Source: a virus | Lineage: Duplodnaviria > Caudoviricetes | Virus record (IMG/VR): IMGVR_UViG_3300033145_002422 | Strand: one strand, 5' to 3' | DNA length: 64,000 bases | Shown: positions 9,902-20,058 of the stretch, piece after piece | Layout: each line of letters opens with the position of its first letter | Position numbering within the stretch: the stretch's first letter is position 1 | Translations under genes and position numbers: made by a program | Notes under the pieces: generated by a model | Databases searched by the model: none | Seen by the model: the letters and a program-made list of their open reading frames with translations, nothing else | What the model was told of the DNA's origin: nothing

Positions 9902-10258
9902 ATGAAAGATTATAGCGAAGAGAGTGAAGAAAAAATGGAAGTAAAAGGATCTAGACAGAATAGTTCTAATCTTCTTTTGATTAAGGGTAATTTTGATAGT
10001 AAGGAAGATGCAAAAAGTTATGTTAAAAAACTTTCTCAGGCCATTTTGGTTGTTATTCAAAAATATGGTTCTGCTAAGCTTAGATGTGTTGGGGCAGCAG
10101 CAATAAATAATGCGACAAAAGCGGAAATTATTGCTAGCGGAGAAGCCAAAAAGAAAGGAACTAATTTAGCCATCATCCCTAGCTTTATGACAGTTGTTTT
10201 TGGAAAAAACGATGAAAGAACGGCAGTAGTTTTGGAAGTTATTAAATTACTACAATAA
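9902..10258 (+). CDS. spoVS: SpoVS-family protein
   Basis: CVGAAAINNATKAEIIA...LAIIPSF...ERTAVVL parallels SpoVS AIGAGALNQAVKAVAIA...LICIPAF...ERTAI. Confidence 0.8.
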   Translation: MKDYSEESEEKMEVKGSRQNSSNLLLIKGNFDSKEDAKSYVKKLSQAILVVIQKYGSAKLRCVGAAAINNATKAEIIASGEAKKKGTNLAIIPSFMTVVFGKNDERTAVVLEVIKLLQ

Positions 10259-10339
10259 AATTTATTAAATAAGGGGAAATAAAGCGATTGATATATAGGA
10301 CATACTATCAATTGCTTCATTTTTATAGGAGGAAATAGA

Positions 10340-10945
10340 ATGTATATTAATAGACAAAAAATATTTGAAATAATGGATGATGAAAATGTTATACCATTAG
10401 AAAATGAATCTGAAATAGAAGATTTGATAGTAACTATACATGGATTAAATAATAGATTAGATTTTCTTAAAAAACTAAAAGAAAATAGAATTGAAAAAAT
10501 TAATGAAGATATAGAAAAATATAGTGTTAGAAAGAAAAGATTACAAGATGTAATTATTGCAACATTAGAAAATATTAATGAAAAATCTTTAAGTTTTCCA
10601 GGTATTGGAAAAGTTACTGTTAAGCATCCAAAAGGAAAATGGGAAATAAATAATGAAGAAGAATTAATAGGATTGCTTAAAAAAGAATTAAGTAAATGCG
10701 ATTTTGATGCAGTAGTTCCTTCTAAGCTGTTTATAGCGAAGAAGGAATTGAATAAAATACTTGATGTTTGGGAGAAGTCTGGAAAATTACCCATATCTGT
10801 CGAAAGGGAAAAAAAGGGTTCTTCTTTAACAGTTACTATAGAGAAAAATATATCTAGTGATATATTAGAAGAAGATGATAAGGTAGATGAGTCATTGGAT
10901 GATAAGGATATAACAAATAAAGGATACGATAGTATAACGATATAG
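10340..10945 (+). CDS. Mu Gam-like host-nuclease inhibitor / DNA end-binding protein
   Basis: N-terminal coiled coil then KSLSFPGIGKVTVK..WEINNEEELI..IAKKEL pattern. Confidence 0.6.
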   Translation: MYINRQKIFEIMDDENVIPLENESEIEDLIVTIHGLNNRLDFLKKLKENRIEKINEDIEKYSVRKKRLQDVIIATLENINEKSLSFPGIGKVTVKHPKGKWEINNEEELIGLLKKELSKCDFDAVVPSKLFIAKKELNKILDVWEKSGKLPISVEREKKGSSLTVTIEKNISSDILEEDDKVDESLDDKDITNKGYDSITI

Positions 10946-10947
10946 CT

Positions 10948-12825
10948 ATGAAAAGATTTACATATAAAAAAGAACTAACAGTAGAAGATGTTTTAAAAAC
11001 ATTACAGAAGTTTTATGATAAAATGCCAGAAACATCTGGATGTTTAGAAAATATAAATAAAGAGAATGGATGCGGAGGCTGGTGCTGCCTAGCCGAAGGC
11101 ACTATGATATATACTCCATGCGGTCTCGTCTCTATAGAACAACTCAAGCCTGGAGATCCTGTTTTTACAAAAAACGGGTTGAGCAGAGTTGTTAGAACAG
11201 GTAGTAGGAAGATCGCTGAAGACGTATGCGAAATAACTACTTGTTATGGAAGGAAAATAAAACTAACCAAAGACCACAGGGTTTTTGTTGATTTTATAAC
11301 TAGAAAGGGAAGATACATATATGACAAATCTGAATTTGTTGAAGCTGGATCGTTGGTGTCAAAAAATGGAAAAACATTGCCAGGACATTATGTTATTTTT
11401 CCCAAGATTAAAATCAAAGAAAATAAAAATCCCATTTATATACAAGTCAGTAATTTCGCTAATGTTTTCGAATGTAAAGAGGGCGATAATTTTTCTAAAG
11501 ATGAAATATATTGCTACGCATCATCACAAAAAAGAGGTCATAAAATAAAAGATCATGTTTTGTTAAGTCAGGATTTTTGTTGGATTTTAGGGCTATATTT
11601 AGCAGAGGGGTCAACTGGAGATAGCAGCATAGATTTTCATATAAGTTCAGATGAAAAAGATATATTAAATAAGATAGAAAAATTTGCTAAATTTTTTGAT
11701 CTTTATTGTTCTAATAAAATTAATAGAGGAAAAAGTAAAACCGTTAGAGTCTTCAGTAGAGTATTATCTAGATTTTTCAAAAGCGTTTGCGGTTCCGGAT
11801 GTGAAAATAAAAAACTAGACGATAAATTGTTCAAACTGATTGTATCAAACGAAAACTTGAGAATGGCATTTCATTCGGGTTTATATGCTGGAGATGGAAC
11901 TAAAAAACTATCCGAAAAAATAAAATATTCTTATACTACAACATCTATCGCTTTGTCAAACCAAATTTTGTTTTTAAACTATTTAGAAAATGAGTTTCCT
12001 ATTTTTTTTCACGGTAAACCCAAAAACAGAAAAGAATGTTTTACAATTTCAATTTCTGATGGAAAATTCAAAGATTATGTCGAAACAGATAATGATTTTA
12101 GGATTCCCATAAGGAATATAGATATTGTAAAATATAAAGGTAATGTATACGATATAGAGGTAGCAAATGGAGAGTCTTTTTTAACCGAAGCTGGAGAGGT
12201 TCATAATTGCAAATATCAGTCACCGCAAGTTCTTAATATAGAATTTATAAATACATGGGATTTTGTACTTAATAATTTTTCGAATGAAGAAATATTTGAG
12301 TTGCTTGAGAAATCTATTAGAAATTATTTATCTAATGATTTTTCTAAAGGATGTATATTTTGGAATAAAGAAACTAAATTATGTAAGATACATACTGCTA
12401 GACCTTTTAATTGTTATTTATACGGAATTACTCCGAAAGAAGAATTTACTGAAAGATACGATAGGATGAAGAGGGAACATAAGAATGAGTTTGGAGCAGT
12501 TATAAGACAACAATGCGATTTGGTTTCTACCGTTAATTGTGATATGCCAACAGTTGAAGAAACTGAAAAGTTGTGGAAAGAATTGATAGATATAGAAAAA
12601 AATATAGGTATAGATGCAAGTTTAATACATGACGGAGATGGTGGAACATATAGAACTTATCATGATTACATTTTGATTAAGTTACTTCCAGAGAGTTCTT
12701 TAAGCGATATGACAACATTGAGATTGTATGGAGAAATAGAAGAAAAAGAGCAATTTGTATGTAATTTTATGTCTTCTTTTAGAAAAGCATATACAAAAAT
12801 CGAAGAAAAGGAGAGAAATAAGTAA
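10948..12825 (+). CDS. YkgJ/CxxCxxCC-family Cys-cluster protein with intein
   Basis: Spliced product C..GCGGWC|CKYQSP..GCIFW..LCKIHTARPFNCYLYG. Confidence 0.85.
   Translation: MKRFTYKKELTVEDVLKTLQKFYDKMPETSGCLENINKENGCGGWCCLAEGTMIYTPCGLVSIEQLKPGDPVFTKNGLSRVVRTGSRKIAEDVCEITTCYGRKIKLTKDHRVFVDFITRKGRYIYDKSEFVEAGSLVSKNGKTLPGHYVIFPKIKIKENKNPIYIQVSNFANVFECKEGDNFSKDEIYCYASSQKRGHKIKDHVLLSQDFCWILGLYLAEGSTGDSSIDFHISSDEKDILNKIEKFAKFFDLYCSNKINRGKSKTVRVFSRVLSRFFKSVCGSGCENKKLDDKLFKLIVSNENLRMAFHSGLYAGDGTKKLSEKIKYSYTTTSIALSNQILFLNYLENEFPIFFHGKPKNRKECFTISISDGKFKDYVETDNDFRIPIRNIDIVKYKGNVYDIEVANGESFLTEAGEVHNCKYQSPQVLNIEFINTWDFVLNNFSNEEIFELLEKSIRNYLSNDFSKGCIFWNKETKLCKIHTARPFNCYLYGITPKEEFTERYDRMKREHKNEFGAVIRQQCDLVSTVNCDMPTVEETEKLWKELIDIEKNIGIDASLIHDGDGGTYRTYHDYILIKLLPESSLSDMTTLRLYGEIEEKEQFVCNFMSSFRKAYTKIEEKERNK
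11086..12207 (+). mobile_element. Intein (374 aa) with LAGLIDADG endonuclease in YkgJ-like protein
   Basis: CLAEGT start, TKDH block B, LGLYLAEG and GLYAGDG, end EVHN followed by Cys. Confidence 0.95.
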
Positions 12826-13178
12826 TGAATGAACAGCAGAAGGTAAAAATAATAAAATCTAAATATCATAAGGAAAAAGATGTTGTAGAATGGTTGATAG
12901 AGTTTGTTTCTGACAAAAAAAGAATAACAATGGTTTGGCCTTCTAATGATTTGGGGATTGCTTTAGGAATAACTAAAGATATACCTATAGAGGAAATGGA
13001 AAAATTTTGTAAAGATATAAAGGGAAAAGAAATAAATCTTGTTATAGAATCAGATATGAAGGATATTCCATCTTTCAAGGATGCAACAGATGATCAAATT
13101 GATAATATGAGTAAGGTTATCGATAAATATCCATTTTTTGAATCCATAGAAATACAGGGGGATACTGATTCGAAATGA
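12825..13178 (+). CDS. Hypothetical protein
   Basis: Coupled by TAATG overlap. Confidence 0.7.
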   Translation: MNEQQKVKIIKSKYHKEKDVVEWLIEFVSDKKRITMVWPSNDLGIALGITKDIPIEEMEKFCKDIKGKEINLVIESDMKDIPSFKDATDDQIDNMSKVIDKYPFFESIEIQGDTDSK

Positions 13179-13579
13179 AATTATATTTTTTTGGTAGCGA
13201 AGAATGTGAGACATGTCAATTAATGCTTTCTATATTAGATAAGGGTGGTATATTTAATATAAGTAATCTTGAATTTGTTTCCATTGATGCTTTCTCTGAA
13301 GAACATAAAAGTTTTTGTGACGAATACGATATAGATGAAATACCTCATATGAAATTAGTTGATGATCGTAATGAATTAATTTTTGAAAGAATAGGAATAT
13401 TTCATCCAGATATGATAAAGGAAATCATTTTTGATGGAGAATATGAAAAAGATGAAGATAGTGATAGCGATTTTGATTATGATATAGAAGATGGTGATGT
13501 AGACAATGTAGAAGATATGCTAGAAGACGATTTATATTATGATATAAGATATTTCCGTTCTAATAAAGAAGAAGAATAA
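13175..13579 (+). CDS. Thioredoxin-like protein with acidic tail
   Basis: FGSEECETC (CxxC) and EIP cis-Pro motif. Confidence 0.75.
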   Translation: MKLYFFGSEECETCQLMLSILDKGGIFNISNLEFVSIDAFSEEHKSFCDEYDIDEIPHMKLVDDRNELIFERIGIFHPDMIKEIIFDGEYEKDEDSDSDFDYDIEDGDVDNVEDMLEDDLYYDIRYFRSNKEEE

Positions 13580-13582
13580 TAA

Positions 13583-16500
13583 ATGATAAATCTAAATGAG
13601 CAGCAAGAATTAGCCGTGAATCATCTAGCCGGCCCATGTTTAGTTACCTCCTGTCCTGGTTCGGGAAAAACCCGTGTATTGACTGAAAGGACAATTAGGC
13701 TTATACAACAAGGAGTGATTCCTAAAAACATACTATGTATTACGTTTACCAATAAAGCCGCAAATGAAATGAAGAAAAGAATTTGCGAACGTATTGGTTC
13801 AAAAGATATAGGTATGTTTGTTGGAACATTTCACTCCATGTGTGCTATGGTTATTCGAGCATATTACAAAAGGCTAGGATATACAAGCCAAATTACCATT
13901 CTAGATCAAGATGGTCAGAAATCTCTTATGAAGAAATGTGCCAGGGCTCTTGACTTTGATATTAAGGAAGATAACATAGATGTCGAACACATTATGTACC
14001 ATATCAACACTTCAAGAGAGTTGAGTGAAGATAATTCTGAAATGGAAGACAGGTTTAAAAGCAAAAAGGATCACTGGACAATTGCAGAAGAATATTTCAA
14101 GGTTTTGAAGAAATCAAATTTGATTGATTTTAGTGGATTGCTGTATGAGATGATTAGGTTGTTAGAAGAAAATCAGGTTGTGCTAGAGAAGTTACATAAC
14201 ATCTTCAAATACATACAGGTTGATGAATCACAGGACTGTAACAAAATACAATATGATATTATCAATTTATTAGGAAATAAATATAATAATATATTTTTAG
14301 TGGGAGATATTAGCCAGTGTGTTGCTGCCGATTCTCTGATTAGTGTTCAAGTTGGTGAATCTGAAGAATGTAAAAATATAAAAGAAAATAGTACAATATT
14401 TTCGGCCAGTGGTAGTGGAAATTATTCTCTTTCTAAAGTCGAAAGGGTATATAAAAAATATTGTGATAATGAAGTTGCTATGAGTATAGAAACTGATAGT
14501 GGTAATAAGTTGGTATGTTCTCCCGATCATATTGTCTTTGCTGGGTTTTCTGGGGAAAATAACACTATTAATAAAAATTATATAGTATATTTGATGGAAG
14601 ACGACAACAGTAACTTCCGCATAGGTGTTACGAAAATATATAGAAATAAAAAGAATGGCTATATTTACGGTTTTAAACAAAGAGTTCATCAACAACATGC
14701 TAGTAGAATTTGGTTTATGGGTGTTTTTGCTAGTTTTGATGAGGCTTTAATATATGAGGATATATGGTCTTTACAATATAGTATCCCTAAAAATGTTTTT
14801 AAAACTTGTCATAATAAAGATGTATTCCAGAAACATATTGATGCTGTTTTTTCAACGATTAATACTAAATGTAATGCACTTAAAATGTTAAATGATTTTG
14901 GGATTATGTATAGCTATCCACACCATATCCCATATTCGTTTGGTAAAAATAAAGGCAGAAATTTTACTGTGACTATTTGTTCCCATAGCAACTCTGTATT
15001 TCATACATGTGCGATTTATGGGGATGATATGATAGATTATCAGTTACTAAAAGATGCGGGAATAGCTGTTAGATTGAAATCTAATAAAAGAGGATGGAAA
15101 TTTCAAAAGGGGAGTATTAATTTAGATTTTATATATGATATTTTATTACAAATAAAACGTGTTTTGGGAGATATTAATATAATAGAAAAAGCAAAATTAG
15201 TTACTGGTCATTCATTGCCATTCTGTCCTGTGTCTAATATATTAGAAGGAATGAATGTTTTTGTTTTGTTAGACAATGGACAGCTTAGTGTTGATAGAGT
15301 AAAAAAATGTAAAAAAATTGATTATTCTGGTTACATGTATGATTTTGACATAAATAGAACTCATAATTTTGTTGCGAATGGGATAGTGAGTCATAATTCT
15401 ATTTACCGTTTTCGGGGAGCAAGACACGAAAATATTTTAGATTTTCTTGTTAAATATCCCGATTGTAAAAGAATATCGTTGGGAAAGAACTACAGGTCAA
15501 CTCCGGAAATCATTGAGGCAGCAGATAAACTAATTAGACACAACGACAGTCATATCAAGAATGATTTCTTTACGGATAACTCGAATGGGGATAGGGTTAT
15601 TTGCAACCATTTCAACTCTCAATATGCTGAGGCAGATTGGGTCAAGGGAAAGATAAAGTCGTACATAGATGATTTGGGTTGGGATTATTCTGATGTTGCT
15701 ATTTTGTACCGACTCAACAAACTATCTCTTGATATGCAAACTTCTTTTGCGAAAGATGGGATACCGTATTGTGTAATCGGAGGCCCGAATTACTTCAATA
15801 GAAAAGAAATCAAAGACTGTATCTCTATGTTGGAATTTATGGTTAACCGCAGAAATACGGTAGCCTTTCATAGAGTTCTTTCTACAATGAATGATGTAGG
15901 AGATAAGACGGTTGCGGCTATCGAAGCGAAGGCAGAACTAGACAACGTTGACTTGTACGATGCTTGTGAATCTCTGGTCGATTCCAACTCAAAAAGGATA
16001 CAGAAGGCTTCCAAGAAAATTTCTAACATATATGCAAAAGATTTTGCCGGCAAACATGGAGGTGAATGCCTAGAAGAGTTGACCAGTTCGTTTAATTATT
16101 TTCAATGTCTCGCATCATTCTGCAAAACTGATGAAGAGTTTGAAGAGCGTAAAGATAACATAAACGAGTTGATTATTCATGCCACTGAATTTGGAAAGAT
16201 TAACCCGAATGTGAAAGACTATTTGAATAATATATCTTTGATTACTGATGCAGACAAAGACGCAGAAAAGAATGCCGTTACCCTTATGACTGTGCATGCA
16301 AGCAAGGGATTGGAGTTTCCAATAGTCTTTATCGTCGGTGTCGAAGATGATATACTCCCTCATTATAGGGCGCTGTTAGAAGGAGATACAGAAGAAGAAG
16401 TCAGTGATGCTGTAGAAGAAGAGAGAAGAATATGCTACGTCGCAATGACAAGAGCTATGAAGTACCTGAGTATGACATATTGCCGCTATAGAAAACAAAG

Positions 16501-16600
16501 AATGAAGGGCGGCATAGTAATTGACAAGAAGAAATGTCCGAGTAGATTCCTTCTTGAGTCTGGCCTTATTAAAAAGGAAGAATACGAAGGTCATGTTTGA
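13583..16600 (+). CDS. uvrD: UvrD/PcrA SF1 helicase with intein
   Basis: PGSGKT, TFTNKAA, VDESQD, VGDISQ|intein|SIYRFRGA, NYRS, TVHASKGLEF, EERRICYVAMTRA. Confidence 0.95.
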   Translation: MINLNEQQELAVNHLAGPCLVTSCPGSGKTRVLTERTIRLIQQGVIPKNILCITFTNKAANEMKKRICERIGSKDIGMFVGTFHSMCAMVIRAYYKRLGYTSQITILDQDGQKSLMKKCARALDFDIKEDNIDVEHIMYHINTSRELSEDNSEMEDRFKSKKDHWTIAEEYFKVLKKSNLIDFSGLLYEMIRLLEENQVVLEKLHNIFKYIQVDESQDCNKIQYDIINLLGNKYNNIFLVGDISQCVAADSLISVQVGESEECKNIKENSTIFSASGSGNYSLSKVERVYKKYCDNEVAMSIETDSGNKLVCSPDHIVFAGFSGENNTINKNYIVYLMEDDNSNFRIGVTKIYRNKKNGYIYGFKQRVHQQHASRIWFMGVFASFDEALIYEDIWSLQYSIPKNVFKTCHNKDVFQKHIDAVFSTINTKCNALKMLNDFGIMYSYPHHIPYSFGKNKGRNFTVTICSHSNSVFHTCAIYGDDMIDYQLLKDAGIAVRLKSNKRGWKFQKGSINLDFIYDILLQIKRVLGDINIIEKAKLVTGHSLPFCPVSNILEGMNVFVLLDNGQLSVDRVKKCKKIDYSGYMYDFDINRTHNFVANGIVSHNSIYRFRGARHENILDFLVKYPDCKRISLGKNYRSTPEIIEAADKLIRHNDSHIKNDFFTDNSNGDRVICNHFNSQYAEADWVKGKIKSYIDDLGWDYSDVAILYRLNKLSLDMQTSFAKDGIPYCVIGGPNYFNRKEIKDCISMLEFMVNRRNTVAFHRVLSTMNDVGDKTVAAIEAKAELDNVDLYDACESLVDSNSKRIQKASKKISNIYAKDFAGKHGGECLEELTSSFNYFQCLASFCKTDEEFEERKDNINELIIHATEFGKINPNVKDYLNNISLITDADKDAEKNAVTLMTVHASKGLEFPIVFIVGVEDDILPHYRALLEGDTEEEVSDAVEEERRICYVAMTRAMKYLSMTYCRYRKQRMKGGIVIDKKKCPSRFLLESGLIKKEEYEGHV
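14318..15397 (+). mobile_element. Intein (360 aa) in UvrD; insert looks GIY-YIG-like
   Basis: CVAADS start, SPDH block B, end VSHN followed by Ser; no LAGLIDADG motif recognised; VYLM..FRIGVT..R..E pattern. Confidence 0.9.
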
Positions 16601-17316
16601 TTGGAAAAGATATGAAAAGCTATGAGACTCTTATAGATAAACATGAAGGTGAGACGGCGTTTGTTGTTGGAGCAGGCACAAGCTTATATGGAGTCGATTT
16701 ATCTCCGATACATGATCATGTTGTTATATCAGTTAACAGTAGTATTATATTAATGCCTTGGCAAGATGGAGATATAAAAAATAGATATTGGATTTCTAAT
16801 GATAGTGCTGTAAGGGGATGGTCATATTGGGAAGATGTAAAAAAGTCTAAGGCAACAAAGATAATAAGAAATAGTTGGAAAAAATATTATGAAGAGATTC
16901 CTGATTTTTTGGTTTTTTCTCCAAGAAAAGAAGTATCTGTAAATATAAATCTTAGTGAAAAAGCTTTATGTTATTCTAGTAGTATTCCAAGCGCTATAGA
17001 TTTAGCTATACAAATGGGATGTAAAAATATATTTTTATTGGGTGTTGATCATTATTTTAGAAATGGTAGAAGTCATTTTTGGCAGTTGTATAATAAAGAA
17101 TGTCAACCTGTACCTGTTAAAACTGTAGTTCCTCCGTTTGTTTTACAGCAGCATATGTTCAATGTAAATGAACATTCATATGATTTACTAAAATGGTTTG
17201 CAGATTTTAGAAAAGCAAAAATATATAACTGCAATCCATTGAGTATGGTTAAACCATTTGATAAAATAGAATATAAAAATGCATTAGAAATGGTAAAAGA
17301 ATATGGAAAAGTTTGA
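16597..17316 (+). CDS. Maf/DUF115-like putative nonulosonate transferase
   Basis: HEGETAFVVGAGTSL, ISVNS, AIDLAIQMGCKNIFLLGVD. Confidence 0.7.
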   Translation: MIGKDMKSYETLIDKHEGETAFVVGAGTSLYGVDLSPIHDHVVISVNSSIILMPWQDGDIKNRYWISNDSAVRGWSYWEDVKKSKATKIIRNSWKKYYEEIPDFLVFSPRKEVSVNINLSEKALCYSSSIPSAIDLAIQMGCKNIFLLGVDHYFRNGRSHFWQLYNKECQPVPVKTVVPPFVLQQHMFNVNEHSYDLLKWFADFRKAKIYNCNPLSMVKPFDKIEYKNALEMVKEYGKV

Positions 17317-18082
17317 AATAAAGGATTTACAAAATAAGCATAAGGGAGAAATGGCGTTTATAGTCTGTGCTGGTCCATCTCTTCATTATGAAAATGTCAA
17401 TCTTTTAAAAAATTATGTAACTATTGCTGTTAATTCTTCTGTTTTGAAAGTCCCATTTTGTGACTATTTTGTATCTGATGATGAGGGTATAGCCAGATGG
17501 AATTATTATATGGAAGATTTGAAATATATGAATTGTTTATGTCTTTTGTATGAAGATAAGTTGAAGCGATTGACATCTCATCTATCTAAAGAAAGAGTAG
17601 TATTTTTTAAGCATAAGATTTGGTACGATATCTATAAAAGAAAAAAGTATCCAGAGGGTTTGATATTAACCAATGAAGAGCCTATTATTGGAGCTAGAAC
17701 ATCTACAGGGACAGCTATTCATATTGCATATATTATGGGATGTAATCCTATAGTATTATTGGCAAATGATTGTTGTTACGATGGAACTAAAAAATATTAT
17801 TGGCAATTCGATACTGAAAAAAAAGTAATTGCTATGAAAGGAAACGATAGGGAATTTAGTTTTCCTAATAGAGTTTATGAAAAACATAATATGGATAGTC
17901 ATTGTATAGATTTTATAGAATATTTTAATGCTTTAGAAGATTCTATAGAAAAACAAAAAAGAAATGGATTAGATATAGAATTGGTGAATATACAAAAAGG
18001 TGTTTTTAAATTGAAGTATAATAACTTTGATAGTTTAGAGAAAGTTATAGAAAAATATGGAGGTAAAAAAAAATGTCGATAG
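17303..18082 (+). CDS. Maf/DUF115-like putative nonulosonate transferase
   Basis: HKGEMAFIVCAGPSL, IAVNS, AIHIAYIMGCNPIVLLAND. Confidence 0.7.
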   Translation: MEKFEIKDLQNKHKGEMAFIVCAGPSLHYENVNLLKNYVTIAVNSSVLKVPFCDYFVSDDEGIARWNYYMEDLKYMNCLCLLYEDKLKRLTSHLSKERVVFFKHKIWYDIYKRKKYPEGLILTNEEPIIGARTSTGTAIHIAYIMGCNPIVLLANDCCYDGTKKYYWQFDTEKKVIAMKGNDREFSFPNRVYEKHNMDSHCIDFIEYFNALEDSIEKQKRNGLDIELVNIQKGVFKLKYNNFDSLEKVIEKYGGKKKCR

Positions 18083-18408
18083 AAGGCCGCAACCCATTAA
18101 AAGACACTTCGGCAAAAGAAGGTATTTTTTTTGATTGTGAAATTAATTCAAATTCAGATGTTTATTCTTATAGTAACGATAATTGGCAAATAACATATGG
18201 CGATAATAGTGGAAATTCAACTGTTGTAGCTCCTGTTACACAGCATGTAGAATATTCTTATTCTTCATATGCTCCTAACCATACAACTGTTAAAATAAAT
18301 ACCAATGAATTACTGGAAATAAAATTTAATATATTTGATGATTTGTCTCCAAGTGGAAGGATTCATAAATTGTCTGAATACATAAAGAAATTGAGGGAAA
18401 GTATATAA
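18073..18408 (+). CDS. Hypothetical protein
   Basis: Overlapping ORF with GGAGG RBS. Confidence 0.6.
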   Translation: MSIEGRNPLKDTSAKEGIFFDCEINSNSDVYSYSNDNWQITYGDNSGNSTVVAPVTQHVEYSYSSYAPNHTTVKINTNELLEIKFNIFDDLSPSGRIHKLSEYIKKLRESI

Positions 18409-18567
18409 CAGTGGGAAAAGTATGGACTCAATCTACTATAGATATTGTCGCAAAACAAATTCAACAGGAAGGGGGGATGGGAAGATATTTGAAACGTTAA
18501 AAAACCTTTTGCCAGATTCTCCAATAATTAAACTTATTAATAGTATACAAAAAATTAAGGAAAACCT

Positions 18568-19287
18568 ATGATACAAAATTATAAAATACTTTCTATAGTT
18601 CCCTGTAGGGCTGGCAGTATGGGCTTACAAGGAAAAAATTATAAGGATTTTAACGGAAGACCTCTTTTCTATTGGTCTCTAGATGCTTCTATAAAAAGCA
18701 AATATGTTGATTTAACAGTTGTTTCCACGAATGATAATAATGTTCAAGGAAGAATGTATGGATATATGCATTCTAATATTAAATCTGAATTGCAATGTAT
18801 GTGGAGGCCAGAAGAATTATGTACTGGAACTTCCAAGAGCGAAGATACTTTGATTCATGTGAGTAAAGAACTTAAAAACAAATATGATATTATTATTATG
18901 TTGCAGCCAACTTCGCCAATAAGGACTAATAATCTTCTTGATAGGTGTATAGAGAAATTGATAGAAGAAAAAGCAGATAGTTTATTAACTGTTGGAAAGG
19001 GGAATTCTTTTTTATGGAAGATTATAGATGGAATACCAGTAGCAGATTATGATTATCAAAATAGACCTATGAGACAAGAAATAAAAGAAAATGAATTGGT
19101 TTATGCTGACGATGGAAATGTTTATGTAATGAAGAGAGATATACTATTGAAAAATAAATGTAGAATTGGTGGAAAAATTACATTGTTTGAGAGCGATAGT
19201 TTTCAGACTTTGCAGATAGATACAATTGAGGATTTTCAAATAATGGAGAATATTGTTAAAATTATTGGAGGTCCATTGTCTGTTTAG
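18568..19287 (+). CDS. neuA: Acylneuraminate cytidylyltransferase (CMP-nonulosonate synthetase)
   Basis: PCRAGSMGLQGKN, VSTND, RPEEL, LQPTSP, RPMRQ, IDTIEDF. Confidence 0.92.
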   Translation: MIQNYKILSIVPCRAGSMGLQGKNYKDFNGRPLFYWSLDASIKSKYVDLTVVSTNDNNVQGRMYGYMHSNIKSELQCMWRPEELCTGTSKSEDTLIHVSKELKNKYDIIIMLQPTSPIRTNNLLDRCIEKLIEEKADSLLTVGKGNSFLWKIIDGIPVADYDYQNRPMRQEIKENELVYADDGNVYVMKRDILLKNKCRIGGKITLFESDSFQTLQIDTIEDFQIMENIVKIIGGPLSV

Positions 19288-19744
19288 GAATAGCTATATG
19301 TATAATAATTATATTAATGAGAAGGGAGAAGAACTATTTCAGAAGCATGGGTGTAGTGATGGAATACATCCACTAATTCCAATATATAGTTGCTCTAAAG
19401 CGGAAAGGATAGAAACCGTTAAATGGTGTCCGATATGTGGCTCTTATATTATTGATATTGAATATAAAAATAATATTAGAATTAATGATATAGCTAAAAT
19501 GAGAAAACCAGATATTTCTATTAGAACAAAAGATTAAGGAGATTTTTTTTATTGAAATTTATAGAGCGTTATTCTGATTTAAATCATCATGAGGAATTTG
19601 GTACAGAAAATGAACGAAGTATTATAAAATGTTGTGGTTCAACTCCATGCTGTGTTTGTGGAGAATATTCATATTTTGTAGATGGAAGACTTTTAGTTTG
19701 TTTATGCAGCGAAGAATGTCAGAAAAAAATATGGGAAGATCTAG

Positions 19745-19987
19745 ATGAAAAAGGAAATAAAAAACAGTTATAAGTGGTTTACAAACAAGGATTGTGAATA
19801 TTATCCTTGCAAAAAGGAGCCTATAAATTGTAAATTTTGTTTCTGCCCCTTATATAATATGAAAAATTGTCCAGGCACTCCAATTTATTTGGATGATGGA
19901 ACCAAAGATTGTAGTAAATGTCGATTCCCACATAAACTAGAAAATTATGATAAGATTATGTCAATTCTGAAAAGCCTTAGCAAATAG
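19745..19987 (+). CDS. Small cysteine-rich zinc-finger-like protein
   Basis: CEYYPC..NCKFCFCPLY..KDCSKCRFPH signature. Confidence 0.75.
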   Translation: MKKEIKNSYKWFTNKDCEYYPCKKEPINCKFCFCPLYNMKNCPGTPIYLDDGTKDCSKCRFPHKLENYDKIMSILKSLSK

Positions 19988-20058
19988 AATTACGGAGAAA
20001 AAGTGTTTTATTGTTTGGTATAATAGGTTCAACTCGTTTTATAATTTAGGAGAAGATA

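Noticed and set aside
18411-18571. Phase-variable G6 tract in a small ORF upstream of neuA
   Set aside because: The tract is short and the joined peptide has no recognisable homology
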